Assembly (NCBI GenBank): GCA_963665325.3
Contig: CAXXWS020000003.1
Coordinates: forward strand, 480,001 to 544,000
Length of the DNA stretch: 64,000 nucleotides
Source of the DNA: Alphaproteobacteria bacterium
Lineage (GTDB): Bacteria > Pseudomonadota > Alphaproteobacteria > Bin95
Reading direction: 5' to 3'
Part shown: positions 20,140-29,812 of the stretch, piece after piece
Numbering within the stretch: the first letter of the stretch is position 1
How the letters are laid out: each line of letters begins with the position of its first letter
Made by a program: the position numbers and the translations under genes
Notes under the pieces: model-generated
Told to the model about the DNA's origin: nothing
Seen by the model: only the letters and a program-made list of their open reading frames with translations
Database searches by the model: none

Positions 20140-21216
20140 TCAGATATGCCGCACGTTCTCCGGGGCGGGGGCGATTTCCTTGCGTTCGACGCGTTTTACC
20201 ACCTCGACGATGGCGCGATTGGCGTCGGCGGGAAGGCCCAGGCGTTCGCCGTAATCCACCACCAGCCCGTTGAGATAGTCGATCTCCGTGCGCCGGCCCT
20301 TCTGGATGTCCTGGCCCATGGAGGGGCGCTGGCCGCCCGAGCGGCCCTGGGCGTTGCGCTCCAGAACCTCCTCGATCTCCGTCATCGCCTCATTGCTGCC
20401 TTCGGCCGCCTCGGCGACGCGCTCCGGCTCCATGCCGTAGAGTTTCTCCAGGGTGAAACCGTGCGCGAGCCCGATGCGGATCGCCTCGCCGGCAATGCGG
20501 ATCGCAAGGCGGCGCGTGTAATCGAGCCGGTCCGCGTCGTTGCCGCCGAGGCCGGTCGCCGCCGACATCGGGTTGCGCATGGAGTTGATGACCAGCTTCG
20601 ACCAGCGCTCGCCCCAGAGGTTGGGGGTGGCTATGGCGCTGTCTACATGGGAGAGCATCTCGGCGATCGACCGCGCGCGGTTCGTGACCCGGCCGTGCGG
20701 TTCGCCCACGCGGAAGACGGTATGCCGCTCGCCGCCGAGCTGCACATTGCGGCGCACTTCGCCCGGCGCATGCAGTTCCACCGCGATCAGGCTCGCAATG
20801 GCGCCCAGAGTCTTGCCCCAGCCGACCACGCTGGCGACCCGCTCCTCGTTGATGCCGTTCTGGAGCGAGACGACGAAACCGGCCGGCGCCAGATATTGCC
20901 GGATCATCTCCGTCGCCCAGACCGTGTCGTAGGATTTGGCGCAGATGAACGCGATATCCACCGGGCGCTCGCGTGAAAGCCTTTCCAGTTCGGTGATGTG
21001 CCAGGCCTCGACCGGCTGCACGAAACATTCGGGTTCGGTCATGCCGGTGAGCTTCAGCCCGTCTCGGCGCATCGTCTCGACATGCTCGGGCCAGAAATCG
21101 ACCAGGATCGGCGCATATCCCGCTCGCGTCAGATGGCCGCCGACATGGGAGCCGACGGCCCCGGCGCAGACAATCGCGATCTTGGGCGCGCCGTCGGGCG
21201 CGGTCTTGCTGTTCAT
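20140..21216 (-). CDS. Ketopantoate reductase-family protein
   Basis: AGAVGS, AKSYDT, SLQNGINE, WSKLVIN, SMGQDI..GRRTEIDYLNG. Confidence 0.9.
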   Translation of the reverse strand: MNSKTAPDGAPKIAIVCAGAVGSHVGGHLTRAGYAPILVDFWPEHVETMRRDGLKLTGMTEPECFVQPVEAWHITELERLSRERPVDIAFICAKSYDTVWATEMIRQYLAPAGFVVSLQNGINEERVASVVGWGKTLGAIASLIAVELHAPGEVRRNVQLGGERHTVFRVGEPHGRVTNRARSIAEMLSHVDSAIATPNLWGERWSKLVINSMRNPMSAATGLGGNDADRLDYTRRLAIRIAGEAIRIGLAHGFTLEKLYGMEPERVAEAAEGSNEAMTEIEEVLERNAQGRSGGQRPSMGQDIQKGRRTEIDYLNGLVVDYGERLGLPADANRAIVEVVKRVERKEIAPAPENVRHI

Positions 21217-21248
21217 GGAAACTCCGGAAATTTGCGGGGGGCCACGCG

Positions 21249-22106
21249 TCAGGAGGGCCGGTCGCCCTCTATCGTGCAGCGGTGCATGCGGCGGCGGTAG
21301 CCGTGATAGTCGTTGAGCGCAAAATGGTGCGTGCAGCGATTGTCCCAGAGCGCGACGGAGCCCGGCTCCCAGCGGAACCGGCAGGTGAATTCGGGCCGCG
21401 CGATATGCTCGCACAGCCAGTCTATCCAGGGCCGGCTCTCGGCCTCGGTCCAGCCCTCGAAGCGCATCGTGTGGGCGCGGTTGAGATAGAGCGCCTTCTC
21501 GCCAGTGTCGGGATGGGTGCGGACCACCGGATGCCAGGCTTCCAGCGTTTCCTCCTCGTCGAGGCCGGTTGCGGCCATCGCACCCTTGAACTTGCTGAAC
21601 TGCCCGGACCGCCCGCCGTCGGCATAGCGGATTTTCGCGCTGGAAAGCCCCCGAAGCCCCGCAAGCGCCGCCTTCATGCCGTCCGAGAGCGCGTCATAGG
21701 CGAGCGTGGTGTTGGCGAACAGCGTATCGCCGCCCTGCGGCGGCGTCTCGACGGCGTAGAGCAGGGTGCCGAGCGGCGGCTTCTCCAGATAGGTGGTGTC
21801 GGAATGCCAGAGGCCGCCGAAATTGAAGGTCTCCTCCGGCTCCTTGACGATCGGGATCACCTCCGGGCATTCCTCCAGCCCGGCAACGAACGGATAGCGG
21901 TTGCAGGGGCCGAACCGGGCGGCGAAGTCGCGCTGGCTGCGCGGCGCGAGCGGCTGGGCGCGGAAGAAGATCACCTGGTATTCGAGGAAGGCGCGGCGAA
22001 TTTCGTCGAAAACGCTGTCCGCCAGCGGCCCGGATATATCCACGCCGGCGATTTCGGCCCCGAGCGCGCCTGCGACCGGCGCAACCTCGATTTCGCGATA
22101 TTCCAT
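21249..22106 (-). CDS. TauD/TfdA family dioxygenase
   Basis: WHSDTTY, GGDTLF, HPVVRTHP, WDNRCTHH. Confidence 0.93.
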   Translation of the reverse strand: MEYREIEVAPVAGALGAEIAGVDISGPLADSVFDEIRRAFLEYQVIFFRAQPLAPRSQRDFAARFGPCNRYPFVAGLEECPEVIPIVKEPEETFNFGGLWHSDTTYLEKPPLGTLLYAVETPPQGGDTLFANTTLAYDALSDGMKAALAGLRGLSSAKIRYADGGRSGQFSKFKGAMAATGLDEEETLEAWHPVVRTHPDTGEKALYLNRAHTMRFEGWTEAESRPWIDWLCEHIARPEFTCRFRWEPGSVALWDNRCTHHFALNDYHGYRRRMHRCTIEGDRPS

Positions 22107-22131
22107 CGCCTCCCCCGGGCGGGCGCGAAGC

Positions 22132-22206
22132 TGGAGCGGGCGATGGGGATCGAACCCACGGCACTCGGCTTGGGAAGCCGATGCTCTACCACTGAGCTAC
22201 GCCCGC
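22132..22206 (-). tRNA. tRNA-Gly (CCC)
   Basis: Reverse complement GCGGGCGTAGCTCAGTGGTAGAGCATCGGCTTCCCAAGCCGAGTGCCGTGGGTTCGATCCCCATCGCCCGCTCCA; anticodon CCC, encoded CCA. Confidence 0.96.
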
Positions 22207-22315
22207 TTCCGTCCGCCATTCTGCCGGGGCTGCCCTGCCTGTCAACCGGGCGCTTCCCCTCGCCTCCTTCTCTCATATAGTCTTCATCCTATCGTTGAAC
22301 CGACGCCCGGCTGGC

Positions 22316-23059
22316 ATGCTCGCCACCTCATTCAGGACTGCAATTGTGGTTGCGTTGGTTGCCGCGCTGACGGCGCTCCCGGCTGCGGCCGGTCCACTGG
22401 ATGCTGCCCGCGCCGCGTGGACCGAGGGCCGGTTCCTCGAAGCCGCCGATATGGGCGAGGCGGCCGGCGGCGCGAAGGGCTTTGCGCTCGCGGCAGAGGC
22501 ATTGGCGGTACAAGCTATATTCCGGTCTGCGGAGGCGGACCGGCCGGCCCTGTTCGAACGCGGGCTCGGGCTTGTGGCCCGCGCCGTGGAGGCTGGCCCG
22601 GACGCGGCCTTTGCCCATATTGCCGCCGCCCGCGTGATGGGCCGACATGGTCAGACGCTGACCGGGGGAGAGGCCAAGGAACGGGGCTATGCGGAGAAGA
22701 TCCGCGATGCGCTGGAACGCGCGCTGGAGCTGGAGCCGGATTCGGTGGCCGCGCTCACGGGGCTGGCAGGCTGGAACGCGGGAGTAGTGGAGGCCGCAGG
22801 TTCCTTTCTGGCCAGGATCGCCTTCGGTGCGCGCGAGAAGACCGTCCACGAACTGTTCGACCGGGTCTTTGCGCTCGCGCCCGGGGGGAAAGTCCCCCTC
22901 TTCGAGTATGCGCTTGCGCTGCGGAAGCTGGACGGCGACATGGGCCGCGTCCGAAGCCTGCTCCGACAGGCCATGGCGGTGCCGGCGAAAAACGCCTATC
23001 AGCGCATCGTCGATGAGCGCGCGGCCGCCCTTCTCGCCGAAATCGAAGCCGACGGCTGA
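22316..23059 (+). CDS. Secreted TPR-like helical repeat protein
   Basis: Signal peptide (..ALPAAA), helical repeats such as ALERALELEPDS. Confidence 0.7.
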   Translation: MLATSFRTAIVVALVAALTALPAAAGPLDAARAAWTEGRFLEAADMGEAAGGAKGFALAAEALAVQAIFRSAEADRPALFERGLGLVARAVEAGPDAAFAHIAAARVMGRHGQTLTGGEAKERGYAEKIRDALERALELEPDSVAALTGLAGWNAGVVEAAGSFLARIAFGAREKTVHELFDRVFALAPGGKVPLFEYALALRKLDGDMGRVRSLLRQAMAVPAKNAYQRIVDERAAALLAEIEADG

Positions 23060-23077
23060 CGGTCCCGGGCTGCGCGA

Positions 23078-23533
23078 TCAGCCTTCGATCACTTGACGGT
23101 AGCGGGCGAGCCACCCGGCAGCGAGCGCGGCCCCGTCTGCGCCCATGTCATAGGCGGGCGACACCACCATTTCCGCGGCGGTGACGGCGATCTCGAACAC
23201 CCCGCACATCCGGGGCTGCAGGTCCGGCCATTCGGTGAAATGCGGCAGGAGGGCGTCGAACTCCGGCGCGCCGCGCGCATGGTAGGAGCCCCGGCCGCGC
23301 GCCCGCACCGCCTTGCGGCGGAACACATCGACGAAGCAGAGCTCGCAGGCCGGATTGGCGGCGAGGTTGCGCCGTGTGCCGGGCGAGCGCAGGTCCGAGA
23401 AGACAAGCCGCGCCGGGTCGAGCACGACGACGGTCGCCTTGGGAGAGACCGCAGGCTCGCCCTCCGGCGTCACCGTCGCCACCAGCGCCAGCGTGTTCTC
23501 CCGGACCAGTGCCGTCATTTCGGGCGTGAGCAT
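23078..23533 (-). CDS. Pyridoxamine 5'-phosphate oxidase-like FMN-binding protein
   Basis: VATVTPEGEPAVSPK, TRRNLAANP, SPAYD. Confidence 0.85.
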   Translation of the reverse strand: MLTPEMTALVRENTLALVATVTPEGEPAVSPKATVVVLDPARLVFSDLRSPGTRRNLAANPACELCFVDVFRRKAVRARGRGSYHARGAPEFDALLPHFTEWPDLQPRMCGVFEIAVTAAEMVVSPAYDMGADGAALAAGWLARYRQVIEG

Positions 23534-23634
23534 GGAAACCGGTCTCCTTCGGGGCGCCGCAGCGCGCGGCGGGCTTGGACCGCGGCCGGAATTGGATATA
23601 GGCTCGCGCCGTCATCGTGGGAAGGAGAGGATAT

Positions 23635-24489
23635 ATGAGCGGCTTCCAGCGCATCGAGGTCAAGCCGGTTGCAGGCGCCCTCGGCGCCGAGGTGGGCGGC
23701 GTCGACCTGGCGGATGTCGATGAAGAGACCTTCGGCGAGATCCGCCGTGCGCTGCACGAAAACCTGGTGATCTTCTTTCGCGACCAGGACATCGCGCCGG
23801 ACCAGCAGCTCGCCTTCGCGCGGCGCTGGGGAGACATCCACCTGCATCCTTTCATGAAGGGCATGGACGACTACCCGGAACTTCTCGAAATCAAGAAGAC
23901 GCCGGCAGACTCGCGGAATTTCGGCGGCGCCTGGCATTCGGACCAGATGTTCTCGCCGCAGCCCGCCATGGGCACCATCCTCTACGCCAAGCAGGTGCCG
24001 TCAAAAGGCGGCGACACGCTGTTCACCAACCAGTATCTCGCCTACGAGACGCTCTCGGACGGCCTCAAGGAGGCGCTTGCGGGTCTGCGGGCCATCTCGG
24101 TCGGCGACCGGTTCAAGAGTGCCGGCGGCAAGACGCGCAAGGAAATGTATGCCGGCCGCACCTCGATGCAGGTCAAGGACCCCGGCAATGTGCAGACCAC
24201 TTCCTCCCATCCGGTGGTGCGCACCCACCCCGAGACCGGACGCAAGGCGCTTTATGTCGGCGGCCACTGCCAGCATTTCGACGGGCTGACGGATGCCGAG
24301 AGCGAGCCGCTGCTCGACTATCTGCGCAGCCATTCCATAAAGCCGGAATTCCAGTGCCGTTTCCGCTGGGAGAAGGGGTCGATCGCCTTCTGGGACAATC
24401 GTTGCACCCAGCACTATGCGCTCGACGACTATCCGGGCGAGACCCGCATCATGCACCGCGTCACCATCTGCGGCGACGCGCCGGTCTGA
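23635..24489 (+). CDS. TauD/TfdA family dioxygenase
   Basis: WHSDQMF, GGDTLF, HPVVRTHPETGRKALY, WDNRCTQH; GGAGAGG RBS. Confidence 0.93.
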   Translation: MSGFQRIEVKPVAGALGAEVGGVDLADVDEETFGEIRRALHENLVIFFRDQDIAPDQQLAFARRWGDIHLHPFMKGMDDYPELLEIKKTPADSRNFGGAWHSDQMFSPQPAMGTILYAKQVPSKGGDTLFTNQYLAYETLSDGLKEALAGLRAISVGDRFKSAGGKTRKEMYAGRTSMQVKDPGNVQTTSSHPVVRTHPETGRKALYVGGHCQHFDGLTDAESEPLLDYLRSHSIKPEFQCRFRWEKGSIAFWDNRCTQHYALDDYPGETRIMHRVTICGDAPV

Positions 24490-24518
24490 CCGGGCCGGCG
24501 ACACGTCGGGAGCATCTC

Positions 24519-24923
24519 ATGATCCAGCGCATCGACCTCGGCCGCGATCTCGACGATCTGGTCCGGCTGAAAGGCCGCGGCCCTCACACCACCGAGAAGG
24601 AGGCTCAGGCGTCCTTCAGGAAGCTCGCCGATTTTCGCGACGGCGGTCTTTTCGCCGCGAATTTCAGCGGTTGCAGCGGTTGGGAACGGCACCTAAAGGG
24701 CGACGAGATCGTCCAGATCCTCGAGGGCTCGACCCGTTTCGACATCATCGTCGACGACAAGATCGAGACGTACGAGCTCAGCGTCGGGGCGCTTGTGGTC
24801 GTGCCGCAGGGCTGCTGGCACAGATTCACGTCGGAAGACGGTGTCAAGGTGATGACCGCAACCCCGCAGCCGACCCAGCACCTGCACGTCGACGATCCGA
24901 GGACCGTGTCGGAGGCGGGCTGA
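24519..24923 (+). CDS. Cupin domain protein
   Basis: WERHLKGDEIV..LEG, VVPQGCWHR. Confidence 0.85.
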   Translation: MIQRIDLGRDLDDLVRLKGRGPHTTEKEAQASFRKLADFRDGGLFAANFSGCSGWERHLKGDEIVQILEGSTRFDIIVDDKIETYELSVGALVVVPQGCWHRFTSEDGVKVMTATPQPTQHLHVDDPRTVSEAG

Positions 24924-24981
24924 CGGCACTGCCGCCTCCGGCGACGGTCGTATCGCGGCGCCCTGCAGAATCTTCCCACTC

Positions 24982-24996
24982 TGCGATTGACTTGCA
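24982..24996 (+). promoter_or_regulatory. Putative iron-regulator (alphaproteobacterial Fur-type) box upstream of bfd
   Basis: TGCGA-TTGAC-TTGCA near-palindrome about 45 bp upstream of bfd, overlapping a TTGAC -35-like element. Confidence 0.5.
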
Positions 24997-25041
24997 ATTG
25001 CACATAAGTCAGGCTCCCCGGAGTCAACCGGGGGCGGCGGC

Positions 25042-25260
25042 ATGTATGTCTGCATCTGCAATGCCTATCGCGACGCCGAGATCCGCGAGGCGGCGCGCAC
25101 CGGCCTGCGTTGCGCATACAAGGCCTATGCAGCGCTCGGCGGCGGTCCGCGGTGCGGGCGCTGCCTGCCGACCGCCCAGGAACTGATCGACCGGGAGCAT
25201 GACGCGCCCGCAGCCCTTGCGGTCCCCGCCGCGGAGCCGCCCGGCGCGCGGGCCGGCTGA
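25042..25260 (+). CDS. bfd: Bacterioferritin-associated ferredoxin
   Basis: MYVCICN..CGRC; adjacent to bfr. Confidence 0.92.
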   Translation: MYVCICNAYRDAEIREAARTGLRCAYKAYAALGGGPRCGRCLPTAQELIDREHDAPAALAVPAAEPPGARAG

Positions 25261-25284
25261 CCGGCCGCCGTCCGGACCCGCTTC

Positions 25285-25764
25285 TCAGTCGTCGGCCGGT
25301 TTGCTCTGGAGCTGGACGTAATTTTCCATCCCCATCCGGGCGATGAGTTCGCCCTGGGTCTCAAGCCAGTCCACATGCGCTTCCTCGCCTTCGAGGATTT
25401 CGCGCAGCAGGTTGCGGGTCACATAGTCGGAAACGTCTTCGCAATGGGCAATGCCGTCGCGGAGCGCGGGGATGGCCTCGTGCTCCAGCGCAAGGTCGGC
25501 GTCGAGGATTTCCTGCACCGTCTCGCCGATGCGCAGCCCGCCGATGTCCTGAAGGTTCGGCAGCCCTTCGAGGAACAGGATGCGCTCGACGAGCGCGTCG
25601 GCGTGGCGCATCTCATCGACCGATTCCTCATATTCATGTTTGGCCAGCCTTGCGATTCCCCAGTTCTTCAGCATCCGGGAATGAAGGAAATACTGGTTGA
25701 TGGCTGTCAGCTCGTTCTTCAGCACATCGTTGAGTATTGCGATGACCTTCTTGTCGCCCTTCAT
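25285..25764 (-). CDS. bfr: Bacterioferritin
   Basis: [38 protein letters not shown]. Confidence 0.97.
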   Translation of the reverse strand: MKGDKKVIAILNDVLKNELTAINQYFLHSRMLKNWGIARLAKHEYEESVDEMRHADALVERILFLEGLPNLQDIGGLRIGETVQEILDADLALEHEAIPALRDGIAHCEDVSDYVTRNLLREILEGEEAHVDWLETQGELIARMGMENYVQLQSKPADD

Positions 25765-25873
25765 TTATCTCTCCAATCGCTTGTGTACAAGCGTGTCCCT
25801 GAGGATTCCCGAAGGATTATATTGTCCAGGAATCCAGGAAAACAAGGGATAAAATTCAACTAAATCCGCGTGT

Positions 25874-25908
25874 TATTTGCGAAGAAATATCGTTTTCATT
25901 CGCAAATA
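25874..25908. promoter_or_regulatory. AT-rich inverted repeat upstream of bfr (operator or terminator)
   Basis: TATTTGCGAA-N15-TTCGCAAATA perfect 10-bp IR. Confidence 0.4.
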
Positions 25909-25927
25909 CTCCTGCGAGAGCTTCGCA

Positions 25928-26974
25928 TTATCCGAGCGCGGGCATGACCTCCTCGGCGATGCGCTGTACGCTGGCGGCGGCCTGTTCCTCGGTCAGCCCG
26001 TTGCCGGCATTGGTCTCGACCATGATGCCGTCGATATCGAGTATTCCGCGCCAGCGGCCGAGCGTCTCCACCAGCTGCGCGGAGGAACCGACGGCGACAT
26101 AATGGGCCTGGATGTCGTCCCAGGTAAGCGCGGAAAGCCGGGCCGCGGTCGCCGACGCGCCGCCCCTGCCGATGCCCTTCTTGGCCCCCTGGCTCGCCAC
26201 CAGCCGCGCCTGGCGCTCGAAATAGTGGACGAGCGTCGCCCGCGCCTCCGCGACCGCGGACTCCGGCGTCGCGCCCGCATAGACCGGCACGCGCAGATGC
26301 ACCGTCGGCCGGCCTGGATGGCCCGCCGCCGCCCAGGTCTCGCGATAGACGCGGATATTGGCGGCGAGCGGCTCCAGCCCGTCGCCGCGCAGCCCGACGA
26401 ACAGCGGCAGGCCGAGCTCGCCCACCTTGGCGAAGGTGGCCGGCGAGGTCGCTGCCATGAACATTGGCGGGTGCGGCTTCTGGTGGACGGGCGGCATCAG
26501 CACGGAATCGCGCACCCGGTAATAGCGGCCCTCATAGGAGAACCGCCCGCCGGCGAAGACGCCGCGCAGCACCTCCAGCGCCTCGTCGAAGCGCGCCTCG
26601 CTCTCTCCATAGTCGATGTCGTAGCCGCGATATTGCGCGATGAAGCCGCTGCGCCCGATGCCGAAATCGAAGCGCCCGCCGCTGATCTGGTCCACCGTTG
26701 CCACCTCTTCCGCGATGCGCAGCGGATGGGCGAGGGGCAGCACATAGACCGCCATGCCGATCCGGAGCCGCTTCGTGCGCGCGGCGAGCGCGGCCGCCAC
26801 GGCAATGGGCGAGGAAAGCACCGAACGGTCCGGCATGAAGTGGAACTCCGCCAGCCAGACCGAGTGCATGCCGAGGCGCTCGGCGAGATCGGCCAGCGCG
26901 AAGCCCTCGCGGAATATGTCGTCCGGCGCCCGCCCGTTGCGAACCCCGAATTCGAGGAACAGCCCGAATTCCAT
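25928..26974 (-). CDS. LLM-class flavin-dependent oxidoreductase
   Basis: WLAEFHF, HPLRIAEEVATVDQISGGRFDFGIGR. Confidence 0.92.
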   Translation of the reverse strand: MEFGLFLEFGVRNGRAPDDIFREGFALADLAERLGMHSVWLAEFHFMPDRSVLSSPIAVAAALAARTKRLRIGMAVYVLPLAHPLRIAEEVATVDQISGGRFDFGIGRSGFIAQYRGYDIDYGESEARFDEALEVLRGVFAGGRFSYEGRYYRVRDSVLMPPVHQKPHPPMFMAATSPATFAKVGELGLPLFVGLRGDGLEPLAANIRVYRETWAAAGHPGRPTVHLRVPVYAGATPESAVAEARATLVHYFERQARLVASQGAKKGIGRGGASATAARLSALTWDDIQAHYVAVGSSAQLVETLGRWRGILDIDGIMVETNAGNGLTEEQAAASVQRIAEEVMPALG

Positions 26975-26980
26975 GACCCC

Positions 26981-28111
26981 TCAGCCTTCCAGGAAGGCGG
27001 CGCTGCGGGTGCGGAGCACGGCCCCGGCGTCTGCGACGAGACCGGCCATGATCTCCGCGGCCGGGCGCACGGCGCGGATCATGCCGATGCCCTGGCCGGC
27101 GAAGCCCGGGTTTACATCCGCGCGGCCGGCCAGATTGGCGGCGACCATGACGGGGCGCGAGATGCGGCCCTGGTGCGGCATGGGCAGCGGCTCGCGCTCC
27201 GCATCGTTTGCCCAGAGCTCGGTCCAGCGCGAGCGGATGATGCGGGCGGGCTTGCCGGTGACGGAACGGGAAACTGTCGTGCCTTCCTCGGTCGCATCGA
27301 CGATGGCCTGCTTCTGGCCGGGCTCGATGCCGGACTCGGCCGAGGCGAGAAAGGCGGAGCCGACCCAGGCGCCGTCTGCGCCCAGCATCATTGCCGCTGC
27401 CACGCCGCGCCCGTCGGAAATGCCGCCGGCCCCGATCACCGGCACCCGGCCTTCCACCGCATCGACGACCTGTGGGATCAGCGCCATGGTGCCGATGGGC
27501 GAGTTGTGCCCGCCGCCGTCATGGCCCTGGGCGACGAGCGCATCGAGCCCGACCGGCAGCAATTGCCTCGCGTGGCGCACCGTGCCTATCACGGCCAGCA
27601 CCTTGGTGCCCCGGTCGCGCAGCCGGTCGAGCCAGGCGGCCGGACTGCCGAGCCCGGAGGCATAGACCGGCACTCCTTCCTCGATCACCACTTCCATCTG
27701 CGCCTCGAAGAACTCCCTCGACAGCAGCGGCGGCCCGTCCTGCTGCGGCCAGATCGCCTCTTCGGGGGCTTCGGGAATGCCCTGTTCCGCCAGGAAGCTG
27801 CGCGCAAAGTCGCGGTATTCGGGCACCAGGTCCTCCGGCGACGGGCCGTTGGCGGGCCAACCCTTCTGCGCGCCCCGCCTGACGGAGGCCGGCAGCAGCG
27901 TATCGACGCCGAAGGGCTTGTCCGTCAGGTCGCGGCAGCGCGCAATCCACTCCCGCAACTGGCCGGGCCCGAGCGAGGCCGCGCCCATGATGCCGAGGCC
28001 GCCCGCATTGGACACCGCGGCGGCAAGTTCCGGCGTGCTCGCCCCGCCCATGCCCGCGAGCAGGATCGGGTGTTCGATTCCGAACAGCTCGCAAATCGGC
28101 GATTTCAGCAT
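26981..28111 (-). CDS. Nitronate monooxygenase-family flavoprotein
   Basis: FGIEHPILLAGMGG, AVSNAGGLG, QGHDGGGH, AGGISDGRG. Confidence 0.9.
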   Translation of the reverse strand: MLKSPICELFGIEHPILLAGMGGASTPELAAAVSNAGGLGIMGAASLGPGQLREWIARCRDLTDKPFGVDTLLPASVRRGAQKGWPANGPSPEDLVPEYRDFARSFLAEQGIPEAPEEAIWPQQDGPPLLSREFFEAQMEVVIEEGVPVYASGLGSPAAWLDRLRDRGTKVLAVIGTVRHARQLLPVGLDALVAQGHDGGGHNSPIGTMALIPQVVDAVEGRVPVIGAGGISDGRGVAAAMMLGADGAWVGSAFLASAESGIEPGQKQAIVDATEEGTTVSRSVTGKPARIIRSRWTELWANDAEREPLPMPHQGRISRPVMVAANLAGRADVNPGFAGQGIGMIRAVRPAAEIMAGLVADAGAVLRTRSAAFLEG

Positions 28112-29787
28112 GCGGCGGCCTCTCCCGGTGTTTCGATACGTTCCTGCGCGTCGCCGCGCTGTCCAATACGTTCCTGCGCGTCGCCGCGCTGTCCGACACG
28201 TTTCTGCGCGTCGGCGCGCAGCTCGACCTTGCGGATCTTGCCCGACGCGGTCATCGGGAATTCGTCGATGAAGAAGACGTGCGCCGGAACCTTGAAGCTC
28301 GCAACCTTGCCCCGGCACCAGGCGATCACGGCCTCGGCGTCGAGCCGGCTGTCCGGCTCGCGCTCCACATAGGCGGCTGCAACCTCCGCCAGCCGCGCGT
28401 CCGGGGCGCCGACAACGGCGGTCTGGCGGATTTCCGGGTGGTCGAGCAGCAGCCCCTCGACCTCCATCGGATCGACATTCTCGCCGCCGACCTTGAGCAT
28501 GTCCTTGTAGCGCCCGAGGAAGCGCATGTAGCCGTCCTCGCGCCACACGCCCATATCGCCCGTGCGGAACCAGCCGTCCTCCGCATAGCTCTCGGCGGTC
28601 TCGGCGGGCTTCTTGTAGTAGCCCAGCATCAGGCTGAAGCCGCGCACCTGCAGCTCGCCCTCGGTGCCGGGCGGGCAGGGGGCGCCCGTCTCGGGATCGA
28701 CGATGCGCATCTCGTAGCCGGGCGCGGGATAGCCGGAGGTCTCGGTGCGGTGCTCGAGGTCGTCATCGACGGAGCAGACCGAGACGCCGAGCCAGACTTC
28801 CGTCATGCCGAAGCCGGAGACGGCGCGCATCGGCTTCAGCACTTCCGCGCCGCGCAGGCCGACGGGCGTTGCGCTCTTCATGCCGGCGGCGAACAGCCCG
28901 GTGCGCAGGCTGGAGAGGTCGCGCGGGCGGGCCTCCTGCGCCTCGCAAAGCCCCTGCATATGGGCCTCGAACCCGTGCATCACGGTCACGCCCTCGGCCT
29001 CGACCAGGTCCAGGCACTCGTCCGGGTCGAAGGTTGCGGTCAGGATTTGGCCGGTGCCGAACAGCGGCGACATCAGCGCGCCCTCGGAATAGCCGAAGGC
29101 GTGGAACAGCGGCAGGTAGTTCAGGATGGTGTCCCGGACCGTCAGGCCCATCTTGAAGCCGCGTTCCTCATTGTTGCGGATGAGCTTGTGGGTGTGCATC
29201 GCCCCCTTGGGGAAGCCGGTGGTGCCGGAGGTGTACATGATGAACGCCACCGCATCGGGATCGACCTCGGCCGCGCGCCGCGCGACTTCCTCCTCCGGCA
29301 CGGCGCGGCCCGCCTCCAGCGCCCGGCGCCAGTCCGCGAAGCCCTCATGCGCCCGCCCCTCGGCGACCAGCACGATCTCCCGCAGCTCCGGGAACTCCGC
29401 CCGGTCGAGCCCGCGCAGCATGGCGAGGTAATCGACCGGCCCGGAAACGTTGTGCGCCACAAGCATGACGCTGTCCGACTGCTTCAGCACATAGGCGAGG
29501 TCGCGGGGGCGGAAGCGCGTGTTCACCGGCACGGTGACCGCGCCTATCTTCGCCAGCGCGAAGTGGACGAACACCCATTCGTCGCAATTGGTGAGCCAGA
29601 GCGCGACATGCTCGCCCGGGCCGACGCCGAGCCCGATCAGCGCGCGCGCCGCCTCGTCCACCCTGGCGGCGGCTTCGGCGAAGGTGTAGCGCCGGTCCAT
29701 GTAAACCAGCGCCTCCCGGTCCGGCCAGCGCGCCGCCGCCTCATCGTACAGATCGCCGAAGCGGCGTTTCGGATACCAGTGCTCCAT
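28105..29787 (-). CDS. AMP-binding acyl-CoA synthetase
   Basis: YTSGTTGFPKG, GFGMTE, WFRTGD, GRYKDMLKVGGENV, TASGKIRK. Confidence 0.92.
   Translation of the reverse strand: MEHWYPKRRFGDLYDEAAARWPDREALVYMDRRYTFAEAAARVDEAARALIGLGVGPGEHVALWLTNCDEWVFVHFALAKIGAVTVPVNTRFRPRDLAYVLKQSDSVMLVAHNVSGPVDYLAMLRGLDRAEFPELREIVLVAEGRAHEGFADWRRALEAGRAVPEEEVARRAAEVDPDAVAFIMYTSGTTGFPKGAMHTHKLIRNNEERGFKMGLTVRDTILNYLPLFHAFGYSEGALMSPLFGTGQILTATFDPDECLDLVEAEGVTVMHGFEAHMQGLCEAQEARPRDLSSLRTGLFAAGMKSATPVGLRGAEVLKPMRAVSGFGMTEVWLGVSVCSVDDDLEHRTETSGYPAPGYEMRIVDPETGAPCPPGTEGELQVRGFSLMLGYYKKPAETAESYAEDGWFRTGDMGVWREDGYMRFLGRYKDMLKVGGENVDPMEVEGLLLDHPEIRQTAVVGAPDARLAEVAAAYVEREPDSRLDAEAVIAWCRGKVASFKVPAHVFFIDEFPMTASGKIRKVELRADAQKRVGQRGDAQERIGQRGDAQERIETPGEAAAC
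28136..28220. repeat. 30-bp tandem repeat (about 2.7 copies) in the ligase 3' end
   Basis: ATACGTTCCTGCGCGTCGCCGCGCTGTCC(A/G) x2 plus a degenerate third copy; encodes GQRGDAQERI. Confidence 0.85.
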
Positions 29788-29812
29788 GCCCGCTGTTCCC
29801 CCGCTCCCGCAG

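Noticed and set aside
22132-22206. tRNA-Gly as integration site for the phage-like cluster
   Set aside because: No duplicated tRNA 3' end was noticed in the window, and the cluster is 10 kb away behind ordinary metabolic genes.
25877-28372. 831-aa plus-strand ORF, and similar long ORFs at 35857-37917, 41844-43691, 43680-45365 and 57107-59230
   Set aside because: Shadow frames of well-supported genes on the other strand.
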